The notes under the pieces: model-generated
What the model was told of the DNA's origin: nothing
The model's database searches: none
What the model saw: only the letters and a program-made list of their open reading frames with translations
Program-made: the position numbers and the translations under genes
Source: a virus
Reading direction: 5' to 3' (one strand)
DNA: 64,000 nucleotides
Virus record (IMG/VR): IMGVR_UViG_3300044712_000538
Coordinates: 1 to 64,000 of that record
In this document: in pieces, positions 19,151 through 26,828 of the stretch
Layout of the letters: each line of letters opens with the position of its first letter
Position numbering within the stretch: the first letter of the stretch is position 1

Positions 19151-19405
19151 TTAAAGTTCGGAAAATTTGCTTTCTGCGTCGACCAGTTCTTGAGCAAGTA
19201 CGTCTTTCAGTTCCCGGAAAAATCCCTCACAAAGGTCTTCCCATATCTGGTCTCCGGTGGCGTTCTTTACGATCCCGGAAATGCCGGGAGGAAGGTTTAA
19301 ATGGTTGGCGGGTTTCCTTATCTCGCTGAGGGCATGAAGTGCCTCTTTTATCTTTCCCGCCTTGTAGATAAAAAAGCTTGCTGCGTTGTACTGTTCGTTG
19401 GTCAT
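19151..19405 (-). CDS. hypothetical protein
   Basis: MTNEQY...L...E..F.EL. Confidence 0.65.
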   Translation of the reverse strand: MTNEQYNAASFFIYKAGKIKEALHALSEIRKPANHLNLPPGISGIVKNATGDQIWEDLCEGFFRELKDVLAQELVDAESKFSEL

Positions 19406-19431
19406 GGTAGTGTGTTATGTGGTGGAAAATA

Positions 19432-19449
19432 GCGGGGATTGCTCCCCGC
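19432..19449 (-). terminator. hairpin / terminator
   Basis: GCGGGGA-TTGC-TCCCCGC. Confidence 0.5.
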
Positions 19450-19456
19450 CTGTTAA

Positions 19457-20062
19457 TTAGATTAATCCTTCGTCGGCAAAGGAATAGTATCCGGTTCCTT
19501 GGCCTCCTACGATGATGTGATCCAGCAGCCGGATGTCGAAGTAGCGGGCGGCCTCCCGTATCTTAATGGTCAGTTCTTCATCTGCCCGGCTCGGTTTCAG
19601 GCTCCCGGACGGGTGGTTGTGGCAAAGGATCATGGAAACAGCGTTATGGGATAATGCCCGGCGCAGGATCGTGCGGGGATCGGCCACGGTCCCGGTTATT
19701 CCTCCTTGGCTGGTCTTCTCAATGGCCATGACTACATTGGCCCTATTGAGGTATGCAACGTGAAATTCTTCCACCTGCAAATCATTCAACCGGGCCTGAA
19801 AATGGCGGGCCATGGATGCAGCCCCCGTAATCGGGTCCACCGGTGCGGTGTCCTGCATATCTGCCCGGCGGCTAAATTCGATTATGGCGGCTGCACGGTG
19901 GGCAATTTTGGCGGGTATGCCATTGAGGGTCATTCCATCATATCCTGCCCGGCGAATGGCAGAAACGGTCGGGAAAACAGCAAAGAGGGCATTTGCATCC
20001 TTCTCGCCTAAAATAGCGGCAATTACTTGCCGGTCGGTCCTAAGGTCTGTGCTGGTGAACAT
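19457..20062 (-). CDS. radC: RadC family JAB-domain protein
   Basis: EEFHVAYLN, GGITGTVADPR, HNHPSG...PSRAD, LLDHII. Confidence 0.95.
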   Translation of the reverse strand: MFTSTDLRTDRQVIAAILGEKDANALFAVFPTVSAIRRAGYDGMTLNGIPAKIAHRAAAIIEFSRRADMQDTAPVDPITGAASMARHFQARLNDLQVEEFHVAYLNRANVVMAIEKTSQGGITGTVADPRTILRRALSHNAVSMILCHNHPSGSLKPSRADEELTIKIREAARYFDIRLLDHIIVGGQGTGYYSFADEGLI

Positions 20063-20065
20063 GGT

Positions 20066-20263
20066 CTATTTGGTTTTGATGAGTTCGCAATAAAATGAGA
20101 GGTCCTCCGGGTCAATGCGGCCAAACCGGACGCTGGAATAAAAGCCTTGGCGGTAATATTGCTCTTTCCATTGCTCGAAGTAGCGGATCGCTGCCCGCTT
20201 GGTCTTGAAGTCTTCCATCCGGATCGTGAATCCATCAGGCGAAAGAATGTTAAACATGGTCAT
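20066..20263 (-). CDS. hypothetical protein
   Basis: ILSPDGF.I...W..QY..QGFYSS. Confidence 0.65.
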   Translation of the reverse strand: MTMFNILSPDGFTIRMEDFKTKRAAIRYFEQWKEQYYRQGFYSSVRFGRIDPEDLSFYCELIKTK

Positions 20264-20325
20264 TGGGTTTGTGGTGAAAATTGCCCGGAATTTCACCGGG
20301 CTGGTCTGGCCGTCCGTCCTCCCGG

Positions 20326-20712
20326 TCAATATTCGGAAGGTAATAACATCACTCCATCGGCAAAGTAAAACCGGATACTGCCATGGGGAAAATCGGTGAA
20401 TCCGATACGCTGAGTGACAATAGGATCGCCACCGTTCCCGTCCGTGCATATGGCCGTTATTCCGTCCGTGGTCTTGCTCCTCTTAAAATCCCATACTTGG
20501 AAATGTTCGGCCCTAACTTTCGGGTTAGTCTGGTGGCTCACTACTACATCGATCATCCAAAATGCACCCATGGTAGCGGCCACATATTGCACTCCGTCCG
20601 TGTGCATGGCTCTGCGGGTCCAATGGGGATAGTAGTGATCGGTGCCGGTGAATTGCTGGAGGGCTGGCTCGTCGTTTGCATGGCTGGTGGGCCTCTTGGT
20701 CTTTGTCAACAT
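20326..20712 (-). CDS. DUF6876 family protein
   Basis: LQQFTGT..YY.H.....TDGV.Y.A...GAFW.ID...FQVW...DGN...Q.I.FTDFP...LLPSEY. Confidence 0.85.
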   Translation of the reverse strand: MLTKTKRPTSHANDEPALQQFTGTDHYYPHWTRRAMHTDGVQYVAATMGAFWMIDVVVSHQTNPKVRAEHFQVWDFKRSKTTDGITAICTDGNGGDPIVTQRIGFTDFPHGSIRFYFADGVMLLPSEY

Positions 20713-20738
20713 GGTATTTGGTTTGTGTGGTTAATGGC

Positions 20739-20954
20739 TCAATTATCTTTGCTGGTCAATGGCTTGTTGCATACATGGCAATATTCCTGCTCCTCTTCAT
20801 AATCCGGATGGTCCTCCTTATAACTGAAACAGTTACCACGGGTGTCTGGCCCATCGCCTAAATTGCCATACTCTTTTATGGCCTCTGCTTTGGTCGGAAA
20901 ACATAAACGGCAAAAATCTAGGGGATCGCTTTCGCTGGTATAAATTCTAGGCAT
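20739..20954 (-). CDS. small Cys-rich protein
   Basis: DFC..CFP...HPDY....Y.C..C.KPLT..DN. Confidence 0.65.
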   Translation of the reverse strand: MPRIYTSESDPLDFCRLCFPTKAEAIKEYGNLGDGPDTRGNCFSYKEDHPDYEEEQEYCHVCNKPLTSKDN

Positions 20955-20981
20955 ATACTTTGGTTTTTGGTTTGAAAATAG

Positions 20982-21000
20982 GGCGGGATTTTCACCCGCC
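20982..21000 (-). terminator. hairpin / terminator
   Basis: GGCGGG-ATTTTCA-CCCGCC. Confidence 0.45.
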
Positions 21001-21030
21001 TGATCTGGCTTCCATCCGTCCGGGAAAGGG

Positions 21031-21324
21031 CTAGAATAGCCCCCGGAATTTGTTTACTGACTGGTCGGCTATCATAGCCTCCAACTGGTTAATCTTCGCC
21101 TGTTGCAAATCAATCGTTTCACGCAGGGCGCTAATGGCTCTGTTTGCGTTGTCGAACTTCTTTCCCATATCCATCAGGTCCTCGGCGGCTTGCTGCTTGC
21201 CTTCTTCGCTGCCGTCTAACATAATGAGGACGTAAATACCGGCAGCCTGTTCCCATGTCGGGGTCAGGTCGATTGCTTCTACCATCTGCCCGTTGTACTC
21301 TACCATTTTCGTGTTGTGTCCCAT
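21031..21324 (-). CDS. hypothetical protein
   Basis: IDLTPTW......Y...L..G..EGK..A...L.DM. Confidence 0.65.
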   Translation of the reverse strand: MGHNTKMVEYNGQMVEAIDLTPTWEQAAGIYVLIMLDGSEEGKQQAAEDLMDMGKKFDNANRAISALRETIDLQQAKINQLEAMIADQSVNKFRGLF

Positions 21325-21396
21325 GGTCGTGGTTTTGTGTTGTTGTAAATTTCCACTAAGATATAGCGCAGGATAGGCCATGTCAAGCTATAACTG

Positions 21397-21466
21397 GACA
21401 AGCGGCAAAATAACTTGATGAGCGGTAAATGCCAGGGATGAGCGGTAAACGGGTATGATGAACGGT
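21397..21466 (-). repeat. four 10-bp direct repeats with a 20-bp period (ACCGCTCATC consensus)
   Basis: GACAAGCGGC 21397, GATGAGCGGT 21417, GATGAGCGGT 21437, GATGAACGGT 21457; -7-like TATCTTAG near 21355-21362. Confidence 0.85.
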
Positions 21467-21469
21467 AGG

Positions 21470-22105
21470 CTATTTCCGGGGCTGCATCATGCGCATAAAT
21501 TCGGCGCCTGCCATTAGGATCAGGGCGGCGTTTGGGTCCTTGGCCGTGGTCTGGTGGCTGGCCTGCTCCATGGCTCGGGTGAACTGGTCAATGGTCCCGA
21601 TGATCTTCTTGGCTATGGCCTGCCCTATTGGGGATAGCATCCATTTATTCTTTGCTGGATGCAGGAAGTATTGCGGCCATTGGCGGCGAAGGCTATACAT
21701 CCACCCGCCACCGTATTCTGGCCTCAGGTTAAATAGTGCGGACCATTGCCGGCCTGTTGCCGGTCGTCCTTCGTTGGCCTGCTGGGCATAATGCAGGGCC
21801 AATAACAGGCGCATGAATTGGGAGCGGTGGCCGATGGTCCTGCACATTACATCATGCCAAAGGAAAGCAGCGGATAGATAAGCGAGGTAATGGGATCGGT
21901 CCCGCTTGGTGTTTCTTCTCCCCCGCCTGAGCGGTTGGCCCGGCCATGGCGACCGGCCGAGGTATCCCGGCTGGCCCGGCTGGCGGGCTTGCCTTGGCCT
22001 CTTCTCTGGCTTCCTTGGTCCCTTGTCCTTTGCTCCCTTGGGTCTGCCCTTGGGCCTTTTCGGTGCCGGTTTCCCTCCGGTTTCTGCCATGTCATTATGT
22101 CCCAT
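21470..22105 (-). CDS. putative DNA-binding protein (basic GRPKG N-terminus plus wHTH-like domain)
   Basis: KGRPKGAKDK AT-hook-like motif; helical C-terminal domain. Confidence 0.5.
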   Translation of the reverse strand: MGHNDMAETGGKPAPKRPKGRPKGAKDKGPRKPEKRPRQARQPGQPGYLGRSPWPGQPLRRGRRNTKRDRSHYLAYLSAAFLWHDVMCRTIGHRSQFMRLLLALHYAQQANEGRPATGRQWSALFNLRPEYGGGWMYSLRRQWPQYFLHPAKNKWMLSPIGQAIAKKIIGTIDQFTRAMEQASHQTTAKDPNAALILMAGAEFMRMMQPRK

Positions 22106-22155
22106 TTTTAGAGGATATTCAATAAAACGCCAATATTCTGAAATCAGCGTTATAA

Positions 22156-22174
22156 CTGATTGATTATCAATCAG
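22156..22174. repeat. 19-bp palindrome
   Basis: CTGATTGAT-T-ATCAATCAG. Confidence 0.85.
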
Positions 22175-22178
22175 GAAA

Positions 22179-22206
22179 TCTGCTAATAATTTCTATTATG
22201 TTAAAT
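22179..22206 (+). other. dif: dif-like XerC/XerD recombination site
   Basis: TCTGCTAATAA-TTTCTA-TTATGTTAAAT; right arm identical to the canonical XerD arm, 6-bp spacer. Confidence 0.8.
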
Positions 22207-22716
22207 AGGATGTAGTTCCCCGCTATGACTCCTGCCCGGCCGGTGGCCATGTCCTCCCTTCCATTTGTCTTCCCTTTTGCCCCTATATATGGCAGCGTGC
22301 AGGGTGCTGGTCGGCAAGTTTTTTGGCCATCGAAAATGGACCCCACCCGGTTGCAGTTTTCGCGTTTCCCTTTCGCTGCGCGGCCCCCGGCTTTTTACGC
22401 GTTGGTGCGCCAGGTCAGCTACGGACTTCCGGGACCGTTTTTTTAATACTGGTTACAAATATGAATCTTTTCGTTGAAAAACAACCCCACCCGGTCTGAT
22501 ATTTTGGGTCCCCTTTTTGTGACAGTTTGTGTACGCGCCTGTTTTGGCTGGAATCCAATACCCGTAAGAGATACGGGTAGATCTTTGGTTCGGCTGCTGC
22601 AAGGGAAAATGTTACATATCCTTATTTGCCTATGGGCAAAAAAAACCCCCCTGGGGAGGGGGGAAATGATAGTGATCATTACTGAACACGACCGACTGCT
22701 TGAACAAAATTATTTT

Positions 22717-22747
22717 TTTGGTAGTTACCAGCAAAATTTTATTTTCG
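22717..22747 (+). promoter_or_regulatory. Bacteroidota sigma70-type promoter
   Basis: TTTG-N19-TATTTTCG (consensus TTTG-N19-21-TAnnTTTG). Confidence 0.5.
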
Positions 22748-23234
22748 TCGCCCGGCTGGAGTTTATCGGGACAAATATCTACGTTTTGGCCAGTCGCAGA
22801 CGCTGTAAAAAGGGTGGTTCCAAGCAGCAAGGGCAGTCCGAGGGAAGAAGCCCGGAACCTGGGGATGGGAAACCCCATAAGTCGCTTCCGAGTAACGGCC
22901 CCCCATTGGCCGGGACCCCACACTATACGCGACCGACTGCCGGCGACGCATAGCGGGAGGACTGCCGCCGGTTAACCCCCGGTTTTAGGCATCGTCCTGT
23001 CCCACCTACCGCTCCCTCTTGCCAGTAACACTCCCTACCGAGTAGATCAAAAAAAAAGATTCTCCACATTGCTTGGAAATTTAAAAGTGCGGTCGTATTT
23101 TGCATGCGCTCGTCCGGGGAGAGCATTACAAGTGACCCGACCAGGGGGCAGCGGAAATTAACCCACTATTTTTGGGGTCTGGATTTTTGAAGTACCCGCT
23201 GCCCTCTTAATTCCAAACCACAAAACGACAGATT

Positions 23235-23621
23235 ATGTCTGCAGATTCATCAGTACGCGACACTCGCGGGTTTTTCCCGGAAGAACAAATTGCTTATGTA
23301 TGCCACTCCGCGAACAAGGCGTGGTGCGATCTCCATGGAGATTTTTCTCAAAAGCGTTGGGAGGATGCCGAGGAATGGCAGCGCCAGTCGGCTATTGCCG
23401 GGGTAAAATTCAGGCTGGAGAATCCCGGTGCCAGCCCGAAGATGCAGCATGAAGCCTGGCGGCAGGCGAAAGCGGCTGACGGATGGGTGTACGGGGAAGA
23501 GAAGGACGCGGAGAAAAAGACGCATCCCTGCATGGTCCCGTATGCTGAACTGCCCGAATTTCAGCGCCGGAAGGATGCGCTTTTCGCGGCTATCTGCAAT
23601 GCTTTAACCGGCGAGATATGA
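23235..23621 (+). CDS. RyR-domain protein
   Basis: HEAW...K.ADGW.YG..KD..KKTHPCMVPY.ELP..QR.KD. Confidence 0.9.
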   Translation: MSADSSVRDTRGFFPEEQIAYVCHSANKAWCDLHGDFSQKRWEDAEEWQRQSAIAGVKFRLENPGASPKMQHEAWRQAKAADGWVYGEEKDAEKKTHPCMVPYAELPEFQRRKDALFAAICNALTGEI

Positions 23622-23797
23622 CGGACGAGCAAAGGGCGGTGCTGGCCGCTGCGGTTTCCGAAATCCGGCATAAGGTGGTGGAGGCTTTTGAGAACTGCGG
23701 CGCCAAAGAGAAATACTCTGCCATCATTTCCGACCAGTTTACCGGGAAATGGTTTCGGCTGACATTTGAAGAGGTCCCCCCAAATACTACTGCTTGA
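23618..23797 (+). CDS. small hypothetical protein (59 aa, not in the ORF track)
   Basis: MTDEQRAVLAAAVSEIRH...; coupled to both neighbours (ATGA, TGATG). Confidence 0.55.
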   Translation: MTDEQRAVLAAAVSEIRHKVVEAFENCGAKEKYSAIISDQFTGKWFRLTFEEVPPNTTA

Positions 23798-24171
23798 TGG
23801 CTTACGTTCACGATGCCTCCGAGGTTGATCCGCTATTGAAGGAGCGGCTGGCTGCAGAAGTGGCCCGGCTGAAACGGCTCCATCCGACCTGGAAGCGGGC
23901 ACGGCTTTATCGGAAGGCCGGGGAGCGGTACAATGTAAATCTGGTTATTGAACCCTCAACCAAGGAAAAACTGACTTATGGAATTGCTGGACAACCGGGT
24001 AATGATACGCCCAATCAGAAAGGAAAAGATAACGGCCGGGGGGATCATAATCCCGGAAACGACAAAAAACATGAACCTATCGGTGGGGGAAGCCCTGTCG
24101 GTGGGGAAGACGGATTGGGTAAAGGAGGGGATGAAGATCTTGTACCTGGAGAACACGGGCAGCAAGATTGA
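23797..24171 (+). CDS. hypothetical protein
   Basis: basic N-terminal half; tail overlaps groES. Confidence 0.45.
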   Translation: MAYVHDASEVDPLLKERLAAEVARLKRLHPTWKRARLYRKAGERYNVNLVIEPSTKEKLTYGIAGQPGNDTPNQKGKDNGRGDHNPGNDKKHEPIGGGSPVGGEDGLGKGGDEDLVPGEHGQQD

Positions 24172-24250
24172 CTGGAAGGGAGAGGTCGTCCAGGTTGTTT
24201 TCGAGGATGACGTTATTGCCATCGTGGATGACCCCGATGCTATTTTCTAA
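23978..24250 (+). CDS. groES: co-chaperonin GroES
   Basis: LDNRVMIRP...KITAGGIIIPET...G.ALSVG...VKEG.KILY...EDDVIAIV. Confidence 0.9.
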   Translation: MELLDNRVMIRPIRKEKITAGGIIIPETTKNMNLSVGEALSVGKTDWVKEGMKILYLENTGSKIDWKGEVVQVVFEDDVIAIVDDPDAIF

Positions 24251-24266
24251 CCATAAAAAATGATCT

Positions 24267-24557
24267 ATGCTTACTGATGTGATCGACTACTCAAAAAAAA
24301 ATGCGCTCGGCAATTCAAATCTGAATGGCCCTGAGCCGCCAGAAATGTCGGATTCTGACATGAAACTGATCGAAGAAATTGCGAATTTGATTTATGGCCG
24401 TGGGCCCGATGAAGGCAACTGGCTTTTCGAGAAAATTGCTCAATCCATTTTGAGGATGAGAGAAGAAGAAATTAAGCGACTGATAGCTGGCGTTCAAAAA
24501 GCAAATGAGCAAATCCGCATACTGGAGCAATCTTGCGAACTGCTTGGAAAACGGTAA
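24267..24557 (+). CDS. hypothetical coiled-coil protein
   Basis: 96-aa ORF. Confidence 0.55.
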   Translation: MLTDVIDYSKKNALGNSNLNGPEPPEMSDSDMKLIEEIANLIYGRGPDEGNWLFEKIAQSILRMREEEIKRLIAGVQKANEQIRILEQSCELLGKR

Positions 24558-24573
24558 AAAAATGTTATTTTTG
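24544..24573 (+). promoter_or_regulatory. Bacteroidota promoter upstream of the tail operon
   Basis: TTG-N19-TATTTTTG. Confidence 0.55.
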
Positions 24574-24606
24574 AATCCCAACAGGTCAAGTTGGTTTTGT
24601 GGTTTC

Positions 24607-24637
24607 GGGGTACGTTTGGTCGCGTACCCCTTTTTTT
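24607..24637 (+). terminator. intrinsic terminator
   Basis: GGGGTACG-8nt-CGTACCCC-T7. Confidence 0.8.
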
Positions 24638-24655
24638 ATTCCAAAATTTATTGCC

Positions 24656-25537
24656 ATGGTACATACACCAGTTGATTACTGCCTTGTGAAGATTGACAGG
24701 GCTTTCCAGGACGAGATTATTACCGAGGGTGGCGTTAAGTTCTTTCTCGATACGTCATACCACCCTGAACATCATGCCACCATTACCGGGGAGCTGGTAT
24801 CGGTCCCGAAACGGCTTGGGCCGGATTACCGCCAGCAGGGCAATTTCGTGAACATGGAGGCTGGCGACAAAATCTGCTTTTCGTATCTGGTTGTGTTCGA
24901 CCGGGGCTTTGATGATACCGCGAAGCATTTTTACAAGGTCGAGGAGATTGAGGGTGTGATGCAGCTATGGGTGAACAATTCTTTCGAGAAAATCCGGATC
25001 ACCCGGTTTGATGATATGGTGGCCGGGGTTTATACGAATGAGGCCGGGTTGCTGGTGGACGGCATCCAGCACAAAGGGCACCGTGCATGGGATGTGGTTC
25101 AGGCATGGCTTGGAAAATTCAGCCTGGAGGGAAGCGCCATCATAAACTACAACAATGCCCTTGAAATTGACGGAGATGTGTACTGGCGCTGCGACTGGCG
25201 GTATGTGTTTTTTAAAGTGGATCGGCTTGTGAGTGAATCTGGCGAGCAGCTTCGGCAGGAGATCACCATGGCACCGGGATACTGTCTGGTGTTCCCGGAA
25301 TCTCGGCAGACTGAATACCAAGGAAGGATCGAACTCCTGCAGCCGGTGCTTTCAAATTACACGGCTGAAAGTGCCGGCCGCGTCATCGCCAACGGACCGA
25401 CATTGTGGGGCCGTAAAGAGTACGGATTGAAAAATGGCGACAAGATCTTGTTCGATAAAAACTTCGCTGAAAAGTATGTCATAAATGGACAGGAAGTGCT
25501 TATTTTGAAGCATCGCTACATTATTGCGAAACTGTGA
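24656..25537 (+). CDS. GroES-like double-domain protein (crAss-like)
   Basis: ITEGGVK.F.DTSY...G.LVSVP...GDKI.F at the N-terminus and LK.GDKILF...Y.INGQE...LK...I at the C-terminus. Confidence 0.65.
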   Translation: MVHTPVDYCLVKIDRAFQDEIITEGGVKFFLDTSYHPEHHATITGELVSVPKRLGPDYRQQGNFVNMEAGDKICFSYLVVFDRGFDDTAKHFYKVEEIEGVMQLWVNNSFEKIRITRFDDMVAGVYTNEAGLLVDGIQHKGHRAWDVVQAWLGKFSLEGSAIINYNNALEIDGDVYWRCDWRYVFFKVDRLVSESGEQLRQEITMAPGYCLVFPESRQTEYQGRIELLQPVLSNYTAESAGRVIANGPTLWGRKEYGLKNGDKILFDKNFAEKYVINGQEVLILKHRYIIAKL

Positions 25538-26199
25538 TGGATCTAAAATTTCTTCACGACTTCCTGAATTTCATAGCTGACAAAGAGATGGGCGGCATGA
25601 TCCCGCATGATGAGATTGATATGGCTCTTCATGTCACCAGCATTCAGCTATTCAACGACTACAAGAAGGTGTATGACCTGAGCCAGGACGCGAAGGATGC
25701 GCTTTCTCCGTTCATGCGAAAGAAGCAATATACCTCTTCCGCAAAATGGGAAGTTCCGCAAGATTGCGGTTTCATTCTTTCCGCGATCCCTCAATTCTAC
25801 AATAACGCATTGGGTAAAAACGTGTACGGCGTAAATCGCCTGATTACCGAAACTGAGTTTGCATCGCGGATGAACTCCCAGGTCCGGCCGGTGTCGGCCA
25901 CCAAGCCGATATGTGTTCAGGAATGGGGCGAGGAGAAGCAGGCCGTTGTTTGGTATCCTGCAGGAGAATATTCCGGGACCATTTTTTACCTAAAATATCC
26001 CACCAAGCCAAAATACGTTTTCACCGTCAATGAAACGACCAGGAAGGAAACGTACATAGAGGGGAAAAGCACGACATTCGAGTGGAGTGAGGCTGACATA
26101 AACCGGATCATCTACCGGGCGGCACCGATCCTGGGCTTAACCATTGATGACAATGCCCTGATCCAGTATTCCATGCAACGTAAAATGGAAAATGCATGA
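25537..26199 (+). CDS. putative tail tubular/ring protein
   Basis: FIADKE.GG.I...E...A....QLF..Y, YLKYP..P pattern; position before the muzzle gene. Confidence 0.6.
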   Translation: MDLKFLHDFLNFIADKEMGGMIPHDEIDMALHVTSIQLFNDYKKVYDLSQDAKDALSPFMRKKQYTSSAKWEVPQDCGFILSAIPQFYNNALGKNVYGVNRLITETEFASRMNSQVRPVSATKPICVQEWGEEKQAVVWYPAGEYSGTIFYLKYPTKPKYVFTVNETTRKETYIEGKSTTFEWSEADINRIIYRAAPILGLTIDDNALIQYSMQRKMENA

Positions 26200-26828
26200 C
26201 AAGGTATTATCTGGCTGAACAAGTCATACTGTCGCTCAAAGGGGGGAAATACCACGTTTCTTCCTCCATTGAGATTGATGATGTGATCGCGTACATGCGG
26301 ACCATCATGCCGGGGATCGTCAAGCAGGAGTGGTTTCAGATGGCCAATGCCCCGGAAGGGGAAACGCTGCCGCAAAATCTGGCCCTGTCCCTGCATGAGA
26401 ATATCCCGGTCGAGCCGAAGGGGAAACGCTGGATCTCAAAATTGCCGGTTATGCCGGTATTCCTGCCCCGGAACATGGGCGTGTTTGAAATTTACAACCC
26501 GGACGATCCGGACTGTGTTTACATCCCGATCCTTCCGGGCCTGTGGACCAGCTTCGTGAAAGACAAGCTGATCTCCGATGCCGGTGGCCAGATTTTCTAT
26601 GAAACATACGGCAACATCGTGGAGTACAAGGTAAATCCGAAGGTGAACGCGGTAAGCATGAAGCTGGTGATTCAGGATATTTCATCGTATAGCGATAATG
26701 ATCTCCTGCCGATTTCGGCCGATCATGCCAAGATCGCCATCGACCAGGCGTTTCAGTATTTCGCCAACCAGCGGCCCCCGGCCCCAATCTCCGATCCGAC
26801 AACAGACACTCAATTCCGTAGGCAATGA
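26196..26828 (+). CDS. putative tail ring/connector protein
   Basis: coupled ORF in the tail module. Confidence 0.5.
   Translation: MTRYYLAEQVILSLKGGKYHVSSSIEIDDVIAYMRTIMPGIVKQEWFQMANAPEGETLPQNLALSLHENIPVEPKGKRWISKLPVMPVFLPRNMGVFEIYNPDDPDCVYIPILPGLWTSFVKDKLISDAGGQIFYETYGNIVEYKVNPKVNAVSMKLVIQDISSYSDNDLLPISADHAKIAIDQAFQYFANQRPPAPISDPTTDTQFRRQ

Noticed and set aside
21397-21466. possible mini CRISPR array or iterons
   Set aside because: Repeats and spacers are only 10 bp, no cas or rep gene is nearby, and the same motif recurs at other promoters
22225-23126. several 60-160-aa ORFs in the divergent intergenic region
   Set aside because: Mutually overlapping, atypical composition and lacking the phage leader motif
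22700-23234. tRNA genes
   Set aside because: No cloverleaf or T-loop GTTCRA pattern was found by eye
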